Translations under genes and position numbers: made by a program
Notes under the pieces: model-generated
Database searches by the model: none
The model's input: the letters and a program-made list of their open reading frames with translations, nothing else
Told to the model about the DNA's origin: nothing
Assembly: GCA_024679065.1 (NCBI GenBank)
Contig: JAGIQG010000009.1
Coordinates: 91,450,001-91,514,000, forward strand
Length of the DNA stretch: 64,000 nt
Source of the DNA: Sphyrna mokarran
Lineage: Eukaryota
Direction of reading: 5' to 3'
Shown: positions 39,026 to 51,359 of the stretch, piece by piece
Layout of the letters: every line of letters begins with the position of its first letter
Position numbering within the stretch: the stretch's first letter is position 1

Positions 39026-39301
39026 CTTTCCGTTCAAAATATTCCTTTCCAGCTTTCAAATATTCCTTTAAATGATGAACAAATACTTCCTGCAGACATT
39101 TTTCCCAGTAATTATTCCAGGATTGGTCAGAATCCCATTTCTCTTTAGTCTTCACTGCGAAGTGATTAGATGCGACCCATCTCATTCTGTCTGGCTCTAA
39201 ACTAATATAGTCCTTCCCATCAAATCCAAACCGCATCGATCTCTTAATGGAGCCGTCTTCAGTGACCTCGACAGATCAAATCCACTGAAAAATGTGAATT
39301 C
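39026..39301 (-). pseudogene. Gene B alpha2 exon with premature stop
   Basis: GIHIFQWI*SVEVTEDG...GFDGKDYISLE...TKEKWD...YLKAGKEYFERK. Confidence 0.88.
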
Positions 39302-39446
39302 CTGTTAGAAACCAAAAAGGGATAAATAATCAATAGACAATCTTTCCAGTGGTGAAAGGGGATTTAGTCTGAGATAGAAATAGACAGAATTTTCCTGCAC
39401 CATCAGGAGCAGAAAGCTGAGCGGTGAGGTTATTAAATTAGATGGA

Positions 39447-42400
39447 GTCAGTGCTGGGAGATGGACTGAGTTCAGTGTCCCAGGGGTCAGTGCTGGGGAC
39501 TAAATTCAGTGTCCGAGGGATCAGTGCTGGGGGACTGAGCTCAGTGTCCCAGGGGTCAGTGCTGGGGGACTGAGCTCAGTGTCCCAGGGGTCAGTGCTGG
39601 GGGACTGAGTTCAGTGTCCCAGGGGTCAGTGCTGGGGACTAAGTTCAGTGTCCGAGGGATCAGTGCTGGGGGACTGAGCTCAGTGTCCCAGGGGTCAGTG
39701 CTGGGGGACTGAGCTCAGTGTCCCAGGGGTCAGTGCTGGGGGACTGAGCTCAGTGTCCCAGGGGTCAGTGCTGGGGGACTGAGTTCAGTGTCCCAGGGGT
39801 CAGTGCTGGGGGACTGAGATCAGTGTCCCAGGGGTCAGTGCTGGGGGACTGAGCTCAGTGTCCCAGGCGGCAGTGCTGGGAGATGGACTGAGTCCTGTGT
39901 CCATGGGATCAGTGCTGGGTGACTGAGTTCAGTGTCACAGGGGTCACTGCTGGCGGACTGAGCTCAGTGTCCCAGGGGTCAGTGCTGGGGGACTGAGTTT
40001 AGTGTCCCAGGGGTCAGTGCTGGGGGACTGAGTTCAGTGGCCCAGGGGTCAGTGCTGGGGGACTGAGTTCAGTGTCCCAGGGGTCAGTGCTGGGGGACTG
40101 AGGTTCAGTGTCCCAGGGGTCAGTGCTGGGGGACTGAGTTCAGTGTCCCAGGGGTCAGTGCTGGGGGACTGAGTAAGTGCCCCAGGGGTCAGTGCTGGGG
40201 GACTGAGTTCAGTGTCCCAGGGGTCAGTGCTGGGGGACTGAGTCAGTGTCCCAGGGTCAGTGCTGACCTCAGTCCCCAGGGCAGTGCGGGGACTGAGTTC
40301 AGTGTTCAGGGGTCAGTGCTGGGGGACTGAGTTCAGTGTCCCAAGGGTCAGTGCTGGGGGACTGAGTCAGTGTCCCAGGGTTCATGGGGTGATTGAGTTC
40401 AGTGTCGCAGGGGTCACTGCTGGCGGACTGAGCTCAGTGTCCCAGGGGTCAGTGCCGGAAGACGGAGCTCAGTGTCGCAGCGGTCGGTGCTGGGGCACTG
40501 AGTTTAGTGTCCCAGGGGTCAGTGCTGGGGGACTGAGTTCAGTGGCCCAGGGGTCAGTGCTGGGGGACTGAGTTCAGTGTCCCAGGGGTCAGTGCTGGGG
40601 GACTGAGTTCAGTGTCCCAGGGGTCAGTGCTGGGGGACTGAGTTCAGTGTCCCAGGGGTCAGTGCTGGGGGACTGAGTTCAGTGTCCCAGGGGTCAGTGC
40701 TGGGGGACTGAGCTCAGTGTCCCAGGGGTCAGTGCTGGGGGACTGAGTTCAGTGTCCCAGGGGTCAGTGCTGGGGGACTGATTTCAGTGTCCCAGGGGTC
40801 AGTGCTGGGGGACTGAGTTCAGTGTCCCAGGGGTCAGTGCTGGGGGACTGAGATCAGTGCCCCAGAGGTCAGTGCAGGTGGACTGAGTTCAGTGTTCCAG
40901 GGGTCAGTGCTGGGGGACTGAGTTCATTGTCCCAGGGGTCAGTGCTGGGAGATGGACTGAGTTCAGTGTCCCCGTGATCAGTGCTGGGTGACTGAGTTCA
41001 GTGTCCCAGGGGTCACTGCTGGCGGACTGAGCTCAGTGTCCCAGGGGTCAGTGCTGGGGGAGTGGGGTTCAATGTCTCAGGGGTCAGTGCTGGGGGACTG
41101 AGTTCAGTGTCCCAGGGGTCAGTGCTGGGGGACTAGGCTCTGTGTCCCAGGGTTCAGTGCTGGGGGACTGACTTCAGTGTCTCAGGGGTCAGTGCTGGGG
41201 GACTGAGCTCAGTGTCCCGGGGTCAGTGCTTGGGGATTGAGTTCAGTGTCCCAGGGGGTCAGTGCTGGGGGACTGAGCTCAGTGTCCAGTGATCAGTACT
41301 GTGCGACTGAGGTCAGTGTCCCAGGCGTCAGTGCTGGGGGACTGAGTTCAGTATCCCAGGGGTCAGTGCTGTGGGACTGAGTTCAGTGTCCCGGGGTCAG
41401 TGATGGGGGACTGAGTTCAGTGTCCCAGGCGTCAGTGCTGGGAGATGGACTGAGTTCAGTGTCCCCGGGATCAGTGCTGGGTGACTGAGTTCAGTGTCCC
41501 AGGGGTCACTGCTGGCGGACTGAGCTCAGTGTCCTAGGGGTCAGTGCCGGAGGACGGAGCTCAGTGTTGCAGCGGTCGGTGCTGGGGGACTGGGTTTAGT
41601 GTCCCAGGGGTCAGTGCTGGGGGACTGAGCTAAGTGACCCAGGGGTCAGTGCTGGGGGACTGAGCTCAGTGTCCCAGGGGTCAGTGCTGGTGGACTGATT
41701 TCAGTGTCCAAGGGGTCAGTGCTGGGGGACTGAGTTCAGTGTCCCAGTGATCAGTGCTGTGCTACTTCAGGTCAGTGTCCCAGGGGTCAGTGATGGGGGA
41801 CTGAGCTCAGCATCCCAGGGGTCAGTGCTCGGGGACTGAGCTCAGTGACTGAGGGGTCAGTGCTGGGGGACTGACTTCAGTGTCTCAGGAATCAGTGCTG
41901 GGGGACTGAGTTCAGTGTCCCAGGGGTCAGTGCTGGGGAACTCAATTCAGTTTTCCAGGAGTCAGTGCAGGGTGATTAAGTTTAAGTGTCCCAAGGGTCA
42001 GTGCTGGGGACTAATTTCAGTGTCCCAGGGATCATTGGTGGGGAAACGGAGCTCAGTGTCCCAGGGGTCAGTGCTGGGGACTGAGTTCAGTGTCCCAGGG
42101 GTCAGTGCTGGGGGACTAAGTTCAAGTGTCCCAGGGGTCAGTGCTGGGGGACTAAGTTCAGTGTCCCAGGGGTCAGTGCTGGGGGACTGAGCTCAGTGTC
42201 CCATCGGTCAGCGCTGAGGGTTCTGAGCTCAGTGCCCCCGGGGTCAGAGCTGGGGGGACTGAGCTCAGTGTCACAGGGGTCAGTGCTGGGAGATGGACTG
42301 AGCTCAGTGTCCCAGGGGTCAGTGCTGGGGGACTGTGTTTAGTGACCCAGGGGTCAGTGCTGGGGGACTGAGTTGTGTCCCAGGAGTTAGTGCTGGGTGA

Positions 42401-45400
42401 CTGAGCTCAGTGACCCAGGCTTCAGTGATGGGGGACTGAGTTCAGTGTCCCAGCGGTCAGTGCTGGGGAACTGAGTTTAGTGTCCCAGGGGTCAGTGTTG
42501 AGAGACTGAGCTCAGCGTCCCAGGGGTCAGTGTTGAGGGTCTGAGCTCATTGTCCCACGGGTCTGTGGTGGGGGACTGAGTTCAGTGTCCCAGGGGTCAG
42601 CGCTGGGGAAATGAGTTCAGTGCCCCAGGGGTCAGTGCTGGGGGACTGAGTTCGGTGGCCCAGGGGTCAGTGCTGGGGGATTGAGTTCAGTGGCCCAGAG
42701 GTCAGTGCTGGCAGACTGAGTTCAGTGTCCCAGGGGTCAGTGGTGGGGGACTGAGTTCAGTGTCCCAGGGGTCAGTGCTGGCGGACTGAGTTCAGTGTCC
42801 CAGGGGTCAGTGCTGTCAGACTCAGTTCAGTGACCCAGGGGTCAGTGCTGGGGGACTGAGCTCAGTGTCCCAGGGGTCAGTGATGGGGGACTGAGCTCAG
42901 TGTCCCAGGGGTCAGTGCTGGGGGACTGAGTTCAGTGTCCCAGGGGTCAGTGCTGGGGGACTGAGATCAGTGTCCCAGGGGTCAGTGCTGGGGGACTGAG
43001 TTCAGTGTCCCAGTGGGTCAGTGCTGGGGGACTGAGTTCAGTGTCCCACTGGTCAGTGCTGGGCGACTGAGCTCAGTGACCCAGGGGTCAGTGCTGGGGG
43101 ACAGAGCTCAGTGTCCCAGGGGTCAGTGCTGGGGGACTGAGTTCAGTGACCCAGGGGTCAGTGCTGGGGGACGGAGTTCAGTGTCCCAGGGGTCAGTGCT
43201 GGGGGACTGATTTCAGTGTCCCAGGTGGCAGTGCTGTGGGACTGAGTTCAGTGTCCCAGGGGTCAGTGATGGGGGACTGAGTTCAGTGTCCCAGGCGTCA
43301 GTGCTGGGAGATGGACTGAGTTCAGTGTCCCCGGGATCAGTGCTGGGTGACTGAGTTCAGTGTCCCAGGGGTCACTGCTGGCGGACTGAGCTCAGTGTCC
43401 CAGGGGTCAGTGCTGGGGGAGTGGGGTTCAATGTCTCAGGGGTCAGTGCTGGCAGACTGAGTTCAGTGTCCCAGGGGTCAGTGCTGGGGGACTGAGCTCA
43501 GAGACCCAGGGGTCAGTGCTGGCGGGCTCAGTTCAGTGACCCAGGGGTCAGTGCTGGGGGACTGAGTTCAGTGTCCCAGGCGTCAGTGCTGGGGGAGTGG
43601 GGTTCAATGTCTCAGGGGTCAGTGCTGGCAGACTGAGTTCAGTGTCCCAGGGGTCAGTGATGGGGGACTTGGCTCTGTGTCCCAGGGGTCAGTGCTGGCG
43701 GGCACAGTTCAGTGTCCCAGGGGTCAGTGCTGGGGGACTGAGCTCATTGTCCCAGGGTTCAGTGCTGGGAGACTGAGTTCAGTGTCCCAGGGGGTCAGTG
43801 CTGGGGGACTGAGTTCAGTGTCCCAGGGGTCAGTGATGGGGGACTGAGCTCAGTGTCCCAGGATTCAGTGCGGTGTGGACTGAGTTCAGTGTCCCAGGGG
43901 GTCAGCACTGGGGTACTGAGTTCAGTGTCCCAGTGATCAGTGCTGTGCTACTGAGGTCAGTGTCCCAGGGGTCAGTGATGGGGACTGAGCTCAGCGTCCC
44001 AGGGGTCAGTGCTGGGGGACTGAGCTCAGTGACTGAGGGTTCAGTGCTGGGGGACTGACTTCAGTGTCGCAGGAATCAGTGCTGTGGAACTCAGTTCAGT
44101 GTTCCAGGAGTCAGTGCAGGGGACTAAGTTTAAGTGTCCCAAGGGTCAGTGCTGGGGACTAATTTCAGTGTCCCAGGGATCATTGGTGGGGAAACTGAGC
44201 CAGTGTCCCAGGGGTCAGTGCTGGGGGACTAAGTTCAAGTGTCCCAGGGGTCAGTGCTGGGGGACTAAGTTCAAGTGTCCCAGGGGTCAGTGCTGGGGGA
44301 CTAAGTTCAGTGTCCCCGGGGTCAGTGCTGGGGGACTGAGCTCAGTGTCCCATGGGTCAGTGCTGAGACTTCTGAGCTCAGTGCCCCCGGGGTCAGTGCT
44401 GGGGGTACTGAGCTTAGTGTCCCAGGGGTCAGTGCTGGGGGATTGAGTTGTGTCCCAGGAGTTAGTGCTGGGTGACTGAGCTCAGTGACCCAGGGGTCAG
44501 TGCTGGGGGACTAAGTTCAAGTGTCCCAGGGGTCAGCGCTGGGGGACTATGTTCAGTGTCCCAGGGGTCAGTGCTGGGGGACTGAGCTCAGTGTCCCATG
44601 GGTCAGTGCTGAGACTTCTGAGCTCAGTGCCCCTGGGGTCAGTGGTGGGGGGACTGATCTCAGTGTCCCAGGGGTCAGTGCTGGGGGACTGAGTTGTGTC
44701 CCAGGAGTTAGTGCTGGGTGACTGAGCTCAGTAACCCAGGGGTCAGTGATGGGGGACTGAGTTCAGTGTCCCAGCCGTCAGTGCTGGGGGACTACGTTCA
44801 AGTGTCCCAGGGGTCAGTGCTTGGGGCCTAAGTTCAGTGTCCCAGGGGTCAGTGCTGGGCGACTGAGCTCAGTGACCCAGGGGTCAGTGCTGGGGGACTA
44901 AGTTCAAGTGTCCCAGGGGTCAGTGCTGGGGGACTAAGTTCAAGTGTCCCAGGGGTCAGCGCTGGGGGACTAAGTTCAGTGTCCCAGGGGTCAGTGCTGG
45001 GGGACTGAGCTCAGTGTCCCATGGGTCAGTGCTGAGACTTCTGAGCTCAGTGCCCCTGGGGTCAGTGGTGGGGGGACTGATCTCAGTGTCCCAGGGGTCA
45101 GTGCTGGGGGACTGTGTTTTGTGACCCAGGGGTCAGTGCTAGGGGACTGAGTTGTGTCCCAGGAGTTGTGCTGGGTGACTGAGCTCAGTGACCCAGGGCA
45201 GCGATGGGGGACTGAGTTCAGTGTCCCAGCGGTCAGTGCTGGGGAACTGAGTTTAGTGTCCCAGGGCTCAGTGTTGGGAGACTGAGTTCGGTGGCCCGGG
45301 TCAGTTTGGGGATGAGTTCTGGCCCAGAGGTCGTGCGGCGACTGAGTTCAGTGTCCCAGGGGTCAGTGGTGGGGGACTGAGTTCAGTGTCCCAGGGGTCA

Positions 45401-48400
45401 GTGGTGGTGACGGAGTTCAGTGTCCCAGGGGTCAGTGCTGGGGGACTGATTTTAGTGTCCCAGGGGTCAGTGATGGGCGACTAGGCTCAGTGTCCCAGGG
45501 GTCAGTGCTGGGGGACTGAGCTCAGTGACCCAGGGGTCAGTGCTGGGGGACTGAGTTCTGAGTCCCAGGGGTCAGTGCTAGGGACTGAGTTCAGTGTCCC
45601 AGGGTTCAGTGCTGGTGGACTGATTTCAGTCCAGGGTCAGTGCTGGGGGACTGGTCGTGTCCAGGGTCCTGCAGGGGATGAGTTCAGTGTCCAAGGTGTC
45701 AGTACTAGGGGACTGAGCTCAGTGTCCCAGGGGTCAGTGCTGGGGGACTGAGTTCTGTGTCCCAGGGGTCAGTGCTGGGGGACTGAGTTCAGTGTCCAGT
45801 GGTCAGTGCTGGGGGCTGAGTTCTTGTCCCAGGGGTCAGCTGAGGGACTGAGTTCAGTGTCCCAGGGGTCAGTGCTGTGGAACTCAGTTCAGTGCGGAGT
45901 CAGTGCGGGACTATTCAGTGTCCCAGGTCAGTGCTGGGGACTATAGTGTCCCAGGGGTCAGTGCTGGGGGACTGAGTTCAGTGTCCCAGGGGTCAGTGCT
46001 GGGGGACTGAGTTCAGTGTCCCAGGCGTCAGTGCTGGGGGACTGAGTACAGTGTCCCAGGGGTCAGTGCTGGAAGATTGAGTTCAGTGTCCCAGGTGTCA
46101 GTGCTGGGAGGTGGACTGAGTTCAGTGTCCCAGGGGTCAGTGCTGGGGGACTCAGTTCAGTGTCCCAGGGGTCAGTGCTGAGGGACTGAGTTCAGTGTCC
46201 CAGGGGTCAGTGCTGTGGAACTGAGTTCAGTGTCCCAGGAGTCAGTGAGGGGACTAAGTTCAAGTGTCCCAGAGGTCAGTGCTGGGGGACTGAGGTCAGT
46301 GTCCCAGGGGTCAGTGCTGGGGGACTGAGCTCAGTGTCCCAGAGGTCAGTGCTGGGGGACTGAGTTCAGTGTCCCAGTGGTCTGTGCTGTGGGACTGAGT
46401 TCAGTGTCCCAGGGGTCAGTGCTGGGGAACTAAGCTCAGTGTCCCAGGGGTCAGTGCTGCGGGACTGAGTTCAGTGTCCCAGTGGTCAGTGCTGGGGGAC
46501 TGAGTTCAGTGTCACAGGGGTCAGTGCTGGGGGACTGAGTTCAGTGGCCCAGGGGTCAGCGCTGCAGAACTGAGCTCAGTGTCTCAGTGGTCAGTGCTGG
46601 CGGACTGAGTTCAGTCTCCGAGGGGTCAGTGCTGGGGGACTGAGTTCAGTGTCCAAGGAGTCAGAGCTGAGGGACTGAGTTCAGTGTCCCAGGGGTCAGT
46701 GCTGGGGAACTGAGTTCAGTGTTCCAGGAGTCACTGCTTTGGAACTCAGTTCAGTGTTCCAGGAGTCAGTGCAGGGGACTAAGTTCAAGTGTCCCAGGGT
46801 TCAGTGGTGGGGGAACTGAGTTCAGTGTCCCAGGGGTCAGTGCTGGGGGACTGAGTTCAAGTGTCCCAGGGGCTCAGTGTTGGGGTACTGAGTTCATTGT
46901 CCCAGGGGTCAGTGCTGGGGGACTGAGTTCAGTGTCGCAGGGGTCAGTGATGGGGGACTGAGCTCAGTGACCCAGGGGTGAGTGCTGGGGGACGGAGTTC
47001 AGTGTCCCAGGCGGCAGTGCTGTGGGACAGAGTTCAGTGGCCCAGGGGTCTGTGCTGGGAGATGAACTGAGTTCAGTGTCCCCATGATCAGTGCTGGGTG
47101 ACTGAGATCAGTGTCCCAGGGGTCAGTGCGGGGGGACTGAGCTCAACGTCCCAGGGGTCAGTGCTGAGGGAGTGGGGTTCAATGTCTCAGGGGTCAGTGC
47201 TGGCAGACTGAGTTCAGTGTCCCAGGGGTCAGTGCTTGTGGACTGAGGTCAGTATCCCAGGGGTCAGTGATGGGGGACTAAGCTCAGTGTCCCAGGGGTC
47301 AGTACTGGGGGACTGAGGTCAGTGACACAGGGGTCAGTGCTGGCGGGCTTAGTTCAGTGTCCCAGGGGTGAGTGCTGGGGGACTGAGCTCAGTGTCCCAG
47401 TGGTCAGTGCTGGGGGAGTGGGGTTCAATGTCTCAGGGGTCAGTGCTGGCAGACTGAGTTCAGTGTCCTAGGGGTCAGTGCTGGGGGACTGGGCTCTGTG
47501 TCCCAGGGTTCAGTGCTGGGGGACTGAGCTCAGTGTCCCAGGGGTCACTGATGGGGGACTGAGCTCAGTGTCCCAGGGTTCAGTGCTGGGGGACTGAGTT
47601 CAGTGTCCCAGGGGGTCAGTGATGGGGGACTGAGTTCAGTGTCCCAGGGGTCAGTGCTGGGGGACTCAGTTCTGTGTCCCAGGGGTCAGTGATGGGGGAC
47701 TGAGCTCAGTGTCCCAGGGTTCAGTGCGGGTGGACTGAGTTCAGTTTCCCAGGGGGTCAGCACTACTGAGTTCAGTTTCCCAGGGGGTCAGCACTGGGGT
47801 ACTGAGTTCAGTGTCCCAGTGGTCAGTGCTGGGGGACTGCGTTCAGTGTCCCAGGGGTCAGTGATGGGGGATTGATCTCAGTGTCCCAGGGGTCAGTGCT
47901 GCGGGACTGAGTTCAGTGTCCCAGTGGTCAGTGCTGGTGGACTGAGTTCAGTGTCCCAGGGGTCAGTGATGGGGAACTAAGCTCAGTGTCCCAGGGGTCA
48001 GTGCTGGGGCACTGAGCTCAATGAACCAGGGGTCAGTGCTGGGTGACTGAGTTCAGTGTCCCAGGGGTCAGTGCTGGGGGACTGAGCTCAGTGAACCAGA
48101 GGTCAGTGTTGGGGGACTGATTCCTGTATCCCAGGGGTCAGTGCTGGGGGACTGAGTTCAGTGGCCCAGGGCTCAGTGCTGGGGGTCTGATATCAGGGCC
48201 CAAGGGTCAGTGGGGGGACTGAGCTAAGTGACCCAGGGTCAGTGCTGGGGGACTGAGTTCAGTGTCCCAGGGGTCAGTGCTGGGGGACTGATTCAGTGTC
48301 CCAGGGGTCAGTGCTGGGGGACTGAGCTCAGTGACCCAGGGGTCAGTGCTGGGGGACTGAGTTCAGTGTCCCAGGGGTCAGTGCTGGGGGACTGAGTTCA

Positions 48401-50988
48401 GTGCCCAGGGGTCAGCGCTGCAGAACTGAGCTCAATGTTCAGTGGTCAGTGCTGGGGACTGAGTTCAGTGTCCAAGGAACAGAGCTGAGGGACTGAGTTC
48501 AGTGTCCCAGGGGTCAGTGCTGGGGAACTGAGTTCAGTGGCCCAGGAGTCACTGCTTTGGAACTCAGTTCAGTGTTCCAGGAGTCAGTGCAGGGGACTAA
48601 GTTCAAGTGTCCCAGGGTTCAGTGGTGGGGGAACTGAGTTCAGTGTCCCAGGGGTCAGTGCTGGGGGACTGAGTTCAAGTGTCCCAGGGGCTCAGTGTTG
48701 GGGTACTGAGTTCATTGTCCCAGGGGTCAGTGCTGGGGGACTGAGTTCAGTGTCGCAGGGGTCAGTGATGGGGGACTGAGCTCAGTGACCCAGGGGTGAG
48801 TGCTGGGGGACGGAGTTCAGTGTCCCAGGCGGCAGTGCTGTGGGACAGAGTTCAGTGGCCCAGGGGTCTGTGCTGGGAGATGAACTGAGTTCAGTGTCCC
48901 CATGATCAGTGCTGGGTGACTGAGATCAGTGTCCCAGGGGTCAGTGCGGGGGGACTGAGCTCAACGTCCCAGGGGTCAGTGCTGAGGGAGTGGGGTTCAA
49001 TGTCTCAGGGGTCAGTGCTGGCAGACTGAGTTCAGTGTCCCAGGGGTCAGTGCTTGTGGACTGAGGTCAGTATCCCAGGGGTCAGTGATGGGGGACTAAG
49101 CTCAGTGTCCCAGGGGTCAGTACTGGGGGACTGAGGTCAGTGACACAGGGGTCAGTGCTGGCGGGCTTAGTTCAGTGTCCCAGGGGTGAGTGCTGGGGGA
49201 CTGAGCTCAGTGTCCCAGGGGTCAGTGCTAGGGGACTGATTTCATTGTCCCAGGGGTCAGTGCTGGCGGACTCAGTTCAGTGTCCCAGGGGTCAGTGATG
49301 GGGGACTAAGCTCAGTGTCCCAGGGGTCAGTGCTGGGGGACTGAGTTCAGTGTCCCAATGGTCAGTGCTCGGGGACTCAGTTCTGTGTCCCAGGGGTCAG
49401 TGCTGGTGGACTGAGTTCAGTGTCCCAGGGGTCAGTGCTGGGGGACGAGTTCAGTGTCCCAGGGGTCAGTGCTGGGGTATGAGTTCAGTGTCCCAGAGGT
49501 CAGTGCGGGGACTGAGTTCAGTGGCCCAGGGGCAGTGCTGGGTACTACGTTCAGTGTCCCAGGGGACAGTGATGGGGGAACTGAGCTCAGTGTCCCAGAG
49601 GTCAGTGCTGGGGACTGAGTTCAGTGGCCCAGGGGTCAGTGCTGGGGACTGAGTTCTGTGTCCCAGGGGTCAGTGCTGGGGGACTGAGTTCAGTGTCCCA
49701 GGGGTCAGTGCTGGGGGACTGAGCTCAGTGACTGAGGGGTCTGTGCTGGGGGACTGAGTTCAGTGTCCCAGGGGTCAGTGCTGGGGGACTGATTTCAGTG
49801 TCCCAGGGGTCAGTGCTGGGGTACTGAGTTCAGTGTCCCAGAGGTCAGTGCTGGGGACTGAGTTCAGTGGCCCAGGGGTCAGTGCTGGGTACTACGTTCA
49901 GTGTCCCAGGGGACAGTGATGGGGGAACTGAGCTCAGTGTCCCAGAGGTCAGTGCTGGGGACTGAGTTCAGTGGCCCAGGGGTCAGTGCTGGGGGACTGA
50001 GTTCTGTGTCCCAGGGGTCAGTGCTGGGGGACTGATTCAGTGTCCCAGGGGTCAGTGCTGGGGGACTGAGCTCAGTGACTGAGGGGTCTGTGCTGGGGGA
50101 CTGAGTTCAGTGTCCCAGGGGTCAGTGCTGGGGGACTGATTTCAGTGTCCCAGGGGACAGTGATGGGGGAACTGAGCTCAGTGTCCCAGAGGTCAGTGCT
50201 GGGAACTGAGCACAGTGTCCCAGTGGTCAGTGCTGGCGGACTCAATTCAGTGTCCCAGGGGTCAGTTCCGGGGACTGTGTTCAGTGCCCCAGGGGTCAGT
50301 GCTTGGGGACTGAGTTCAGTGTCCCACGGGTTAGTGCTGGGGGACTGAGTTTAGCGTCCCCTAGAGAGGTTGAAGGATTTGAGGTTGTTTTCGTTAGAAA
50401 GGAGGCGGCTAAGAGGGGATCTTATTGAAGCATATAAGATGATTAGAGGTTTAGATAGGGTGGACAGTGATAGCCTTTTTCCTAGGATGGAGAAAGCTAG
50501 CACGAGGGGACACAGCTTTAAATTAAGGGGTATGAGTTATAGGACGGATATCAGAGGTAGGTTCTTTACTCAAAGAGTGATTAGGGAGTGGAATGCCCTG
50601 CCTGCAGCTGTTGTAGATGCGCCAAGTTTGGTGGCGTTTAAGAGGTTAGTTGATAAGTATATGGAAGAGAAGGGAACGGTTTAGTTTGGAGGGGCATTGC
50701 TTTTTATTTTGGTCGGCACAACATCGAAGGCCGAAGGGCCTGTTCTGTGCTGTATTGTTCTATGTTCTATGTTCTATGTCCCAGGGGTCAGTGCTGGGGA
50801 CTGAGTTCAGTGTCTCAGGGGTCAGTGCTGGGGGACTGAGTTCAGTGTCCCAGGGGTCAGTGCTTCGGGACTGAGTTCAGTTTCTCAGGGGTCAGTACTG
50901 TGGGACTGAGTTCAGTGTCCCAGGGGTCAGTGCTTCGGGACTGAGTTCAATTTCCCAGGGGTCGGTGCTGGGGGACTGAGTTCAGTGT
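39447..50988. repeat. 35-bp G-rich minisatellite array, ~310-320 units, consensus TCAGTGTCCCAGGGGTCAGTGCTGGGGGACTGAGY
   Basis: Directly visible tandem array; interrupted once by a CR1 3' fragment at 50361-50777. Confidence 0.98.
50361..50777 (+). mobile_element. Young CR1 3' fragment inserted in the minisatellite
   Basis: Open ORF2 C-terminus (LFSLERRRLRGDLIEAYK...WNALP), (TTCTATG)n tail, flanking GTCCC on both sides. Confidence 0.92.
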
Positions 50989-51031
50989 AAGGTTATACAT
51001 CAACACGTTGATTCTTTCTGCCTTTTCTTTC

Positions 51032-51292
51032 CAGATGTCTGGTTTGTGATCTTCAGCACTGTATTCAGATTCTCCTTTGCCATGTCTGAGTGTGAGTTCA
51101 CCAGTCCTGTGATGTAATCCCAGAATTCAGGGGTGATATTTTCAGCCATGAACCTCTGCCTGGGAATGCAGCGAAGGATATTACTGTCATGATATCGTGC
51201 TTGGACACTATTGAGCATTCCAATGCTTGTAACCTCAGGAAAATCTTCTATCCCAGACACAGCAGTGTATATCACCGTGAGTGTGTTAGTGT
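51032..51292 (-). CDS. Gene B alpha1 exon (open frame, splice donor mutated)
   Basis: DTNTLTVIYTAVSGIEDFPEV...YHDS...IPRQRFM...PEFWDY...KITNQTS; 49/87 aa identical to gene A by manual alignment. Confidence 0.88.
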
Positions 51293-51359
51293 CTGTAAAA
51301 TAAATGGTTAAAGTGATTGGTCAATAAACACCAGTCTGATCATCAAAACAACCTCACTG

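Larger units (their letters stand above)
35301..39310 (+). repeat. Segmental duplication block paralogous to 1-950 and 5245-8360
   Basis: 35301 starts with the same agagcagacccagtttgc as position 1; colinear similarity through the 3'UTR, cyt, TM, a3 and a2 exons. Confidence 0.93.
37706..51292 (-). pseudogene. Non-classical MHC class I gene B, probable pseudogene (leader outside window)
   Basis: alpha1 51292-51032 with donor GT>GA (G|gaaaga); alpha2 39301-39026 with in-frame TGA at 39276-39278; alpha3 38908-38630; TM 38265-38156 is 110 nt vs 111 in A; cytoplasmic 37749-37706. Confidence 0.85.

Noticed and set aside
39276-39278. TGA as selenocysteine restoring the missing alpha2 Cys
   Set aside because: It falls at position 99, not 101; there is no partner Cys164, no SECIS was recognised, and the gene has other lesions.
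39447-50988. CRISPR array or protein-coding repeat (many short ORFs such as SQGSVLGD)
   Set aside because: No unique spacers or cas genes, and eukaryotic context; the ORFs are translations of the 35-mer with frequent stops.
39447-50988. RAG recombination signal sequences (CACTGA.. on the minus strand)
   Set aside because: Only the CAC start resembles the heptamer; no ACAAAAACC-like nonamer at 12/23 spacing.
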